DNA of 64,000 nt, from the NCBI RefSeq assembly GCF_009914755.1, contig NC_060929.1; one strand, written 5' to 3'. Shown here in pieces: positions 60,663-64,000 of the stretch. The first letter of the stretch is position 1. The number at the start of each line of letters is the position of its first letter. This DNA comes from the human T2T-CHM13v2.0 reference genome, Homo sapiens. Under the pieces are notes generated by a model, which saw nothing but the letters and a program-made list of their open reading frames with translations, was not told where the DNA came from and made no database searches. The translations under genes were made by a program, and so were the position numbers.

Positions 60663-62249
60663 TATAGATTTGTTTATTATCCATCTCCTCTAAGACACTG
60701 TCTCTGACCTATTCACTAATATGTCTGTATCACCTACCTTGTGCCTATACATGGGAAGAAACTCAGTAAACATGGTTGAATCATGAGCTGAATTATGAGT
60801 TGATTACACCTTCCACATAAACCTTCTCTGAGGCCACATCACAAACATTCCCAAAGCTGGATTGCCCAGTCTTTCACTCACAATGCCACTTAGCAGCCAC
60901 TTACTTCACCTCAGTTTAATCTTCACATCTGAGCTCTCAGCTACCCTATCTTCAAAGGACACAGAGACACCCATTTGCTAATCCCAGTGCAGTGTGAATT
61001 CAGATGAAAGCACAGAGGTGGGAAGAAGGAAGCACTTAAAATACATAATTACAATAAAATGAAGAAGCAAAATGTCAAAAAGAAATGGAAATCACTGCTG
61101 TTCATAATGTACCCTTTGCTTAATGGATGACAAATTGTAGCAATAATTCTCAGCGTTTGATGGAAAAATGTCCCAGGATGGGAATCTGGCATGGAACAGT
61201 CATGAGAAGAAGCTCTCCCTTTGTTCCCAAGTCTGTCAAAACAATGGACACAGTGATTTACTCTAAATAAAACTTTGTGGATAAAACAATCCCCAATTAA
61301 AAATCTTTCTAAACAAGGAGGGGAAGAAATCCAAGACTCATAGCACTCACACTCCAGCAGCATTCTCAGAATTACAGTGCAGATAATGAGTGTACACAGT
61401 AATATATTACCTTTAAGTTTTCTTCTAAGACAATTAATTTAAAACACTATGAGCAGTCACAACATGGAAACACAACTAGGGAACAAAAATTACAACACAA
61501 CATTCGAGATCACCTTGAACCCTATCCATGGCCTTTCATTCAGAATTCATGCCAATTGTAAAGAATATTGTATTTCTCCCCATATCCTTTTTCCTCCCCT
61601 TGTCACTAGAATGGGCTCTCAAGTGGACAACCAGGGAATCCTCAGGAAGTGTGGTTGGTGTCCTGAGCGTTGATGCGGGTTGAGAGCAGAGGTGAGCAGT
61701 GAAGTAATGCTTAAGGCAAACAGTATGGCTGAGGAGTGAGAATTCCTTGACCAGCTTTTCTAGGTGCTCTTAGGATTATGTAGAAATCATTCTGCAGAAT
61801 CTAATATAAGCCTTCTGACTCATCTACTCTTTGCTCTCAACATGCTGAAGGATAATTTTTTTTAAATAACAGTAGTATTAATAGCTAAGATTTACTAAGT
61901 GCATTGTAATGATATTTTTTTGAATTTTCCTGGTAACTGCACCCCAATAGTAAATTTAGGAAATTATCCCTTCCTTATTATGCACCATATTGGTAGGACT
62001 ATCATTCAGAGAACCGTGGGCCTGGTCAAGAAGTAGGCACATGATACAAGCTGAGCAAATTGAGCTGCTTCCACTGAAACATCAATTCTCAGATGGGGAT
62101 AACACAAGGATAAAAACATTTAAAGCTGATTGGACTGTCAGCTAGCACCTAATAACAGTGCGTCTTGTCCCTTTCTGGGCTTGGCTTTTACCTGGCTCAT
62201 TGATTCCGGGAGCTATCCCATGGCCTTCTAATGAAATTCAATGTTGGCT

Positions 62250-62672
62250 TATATATTCGTTTCCTAGGGCTGCCATAGCAAAATACCACAAACTGGGTGG
62301 CTTAAAACAACAGGAATTATTTTCTCATGGGAGAATTCTGGAGGTTAGAGGTGTGAAACCAAAGTGTTGGCAGAGTTGGTTCCTTTTGGGGGGTCCGAGG
62401 GAAAAATCTGTTCCCTGTCTCTTTCCTGGCTTCTGGGGGTTGCTGGCAATCGTTGGTGCTCCTTGGCTTGCAGATGTGTCACTCCAGTCTCTGCTTCTGT
62501 CTTCACATGGCCTTCTCCTTTGTGTGTCTGTGTCCAAATCTCTCTCTTCTTATAAATAAGGATTGACTTTATTTTAATTTGACTACATTGTAAAGACTCT
62601 ATTTCCAAATGAAGTCACATTCAGAGGTTCCAGGTGAACATGGATTTTAAAGTGACACTACTCAACCTAGTA
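62250..62672 (-). mobile_element. MaLR solo LTR (MLT1B/C-type)
   Basis: tttcctagggctgccatagcaaaataccacaaactgggtggcttaaaacaacag...aaagactctatttccaaat...gtcacattcagaggt. Confidence 0.87.
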
Positions 62673-63729
62673 TAGTTTGCAACCCTAAATCCCTAACTGA
62701 TCCAGTTATGCCCAAACCAGTGTTAAGAGTGGGTTCTATACATCTTCTGTTTTCATCTTTACAGTAAACCTTGAGGTAGGCACCTTTATTATCTTCATTT
62801 TAGAGGTGGAAAAATGAAGACCCAAAGGACTTGTTCAACGTTACATGGCCAGTAAGAGCCAGAGTTAGGATTCACGGTGTATATGTGATATGAACCTGTT
62901 CTCCTAACCACTACACCATATTCCAGGCTTTGCCCTAGTTAAAAGTGCACTGAAGTTCCCCCAACCCCCAACCATAAGCTATGAAAGGAAAATGGTCCAC
63001 TTACTATTCTGGGGCCAGATCTGCACATTTGTGCATGGCTACTCTAGCTCTCTGTACCTTAGTACTGGGTGACTACCAAAGTCATGAAAAGAGCAGAGAA
63101 TCAGGAAGAATTCTGAGAGAACCAGAGAACAGCTTCCATAATTGTCTGGTCAGAAATCCACATGGGTAGCCGCGACAGGAAGAGACTTGCCAAACTATGG
63201 GTCACGGGGAAGACTCTCAGCTGAATGAGGACTTGCTCAGAGTTCTCTGGTTGATATGTCCTGTGAGGCATTAGGACAAATTCAGATCTTCCTAGAAGGC
63301 TGATATATCCTTCAAAAATATTTTACCCAGGGTCTGTTGGATTTGGAACTTAAGAGACTAACCCTCATCCATCACACATACCCTCCCCCTCCTCCCAGAG
63401 AGACTCTGTGATCCAATTGCTCCCTAGGGCAAGACCATCAGGTCCTGGAAGGGGATCCTGACATGTGGTACCAAAGATGGGTCAGAATGTCCTCAGGTAA
63501 AAATAGAATCAATGAGCTTTGAATTCTAAGCCCAGGGGGGAATCATGTAGCCAGAAGACAGTGTTATTTGCCCCTCTTTATAGCTGAAAAGTGTCAAACC
63601 AGTGTCTGAAAAGATTTCAATCAAGGAAGGGAGTTTCTTTTTGTGATTGTTCTTGTTGATAGGAGTACTACATATTCTTCCAAGACAATTGAAAAAAGAA
63701 AAGCAAAAAGGAAATAAACACTATCCATT

Positions 63730-64000
63730 AACCTCCCATCTGGAGACGTCTGCTATAAATATTTGTATTTGTATTCTTCCAGACATTTAAGAAATGTTTT
63801 CCTCTCTCCAAAAACACGGTATCTACTGTGCACAGTTTTGCAATGTGTTTCTTTAATGTAAAAATGTATCCAAATCATCTTTTCATCTCATTAAATATTA
63901 TTCTACAATATGACTTTTCGTGGCTGTATAATAATTCATTGTGTGGATTCCTCTTGTTGAACATTTAAGTTGTTCCAGGTTTCTGCTGTAATAACTAATG
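63730..64000 (-). mobile_element. Old L1 (L1ME-type) fragment
   Basis: tggctgtataataattcattgtgtgga...acatttaagttgttccaggttt. Confidence 0.6.

Overview
Human genomic DNA (Alu/L1/L2/MIR/MaLR-rich; a human-specific AluYa5 is present). The window holds the 3' half of SH3RF2 (POSH3/PPP1R39) on the + strand: five coding exons (92, 171, 233, 359 and 276 nt) with GT-AG boundaries that join in frame and encode the third SH3 domain, a KTVRF PP1-docking motif and the C-terminus ...TQTVFPSK*. Converging on it from the - strand are the last two coding exons of PLAC8L1. The rest is intron or intergenic sequence dominated by transposon fossils and microsatellites. Gene names and exon numbers rest on my recall of the protein sequences, not on a database search, and repeat boundaries and subfamilies are approximate. 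I found no credible novel biological system, and almost all ORFs in the supplied track are repeat-derived or chance. Most worth following up: a possible 3'UTR splice to a distal terminal exon ending at a palindromic two-way poly(A) signal; a near-perfect p53/p63 element inside a MIR; an L1>Alu>LTR nest with an internal inverted duplication; a near-consensus AluYa5; a tandem duplication split by an Alu; and an SH3RF2 acceptor interrupted by an A10 run.
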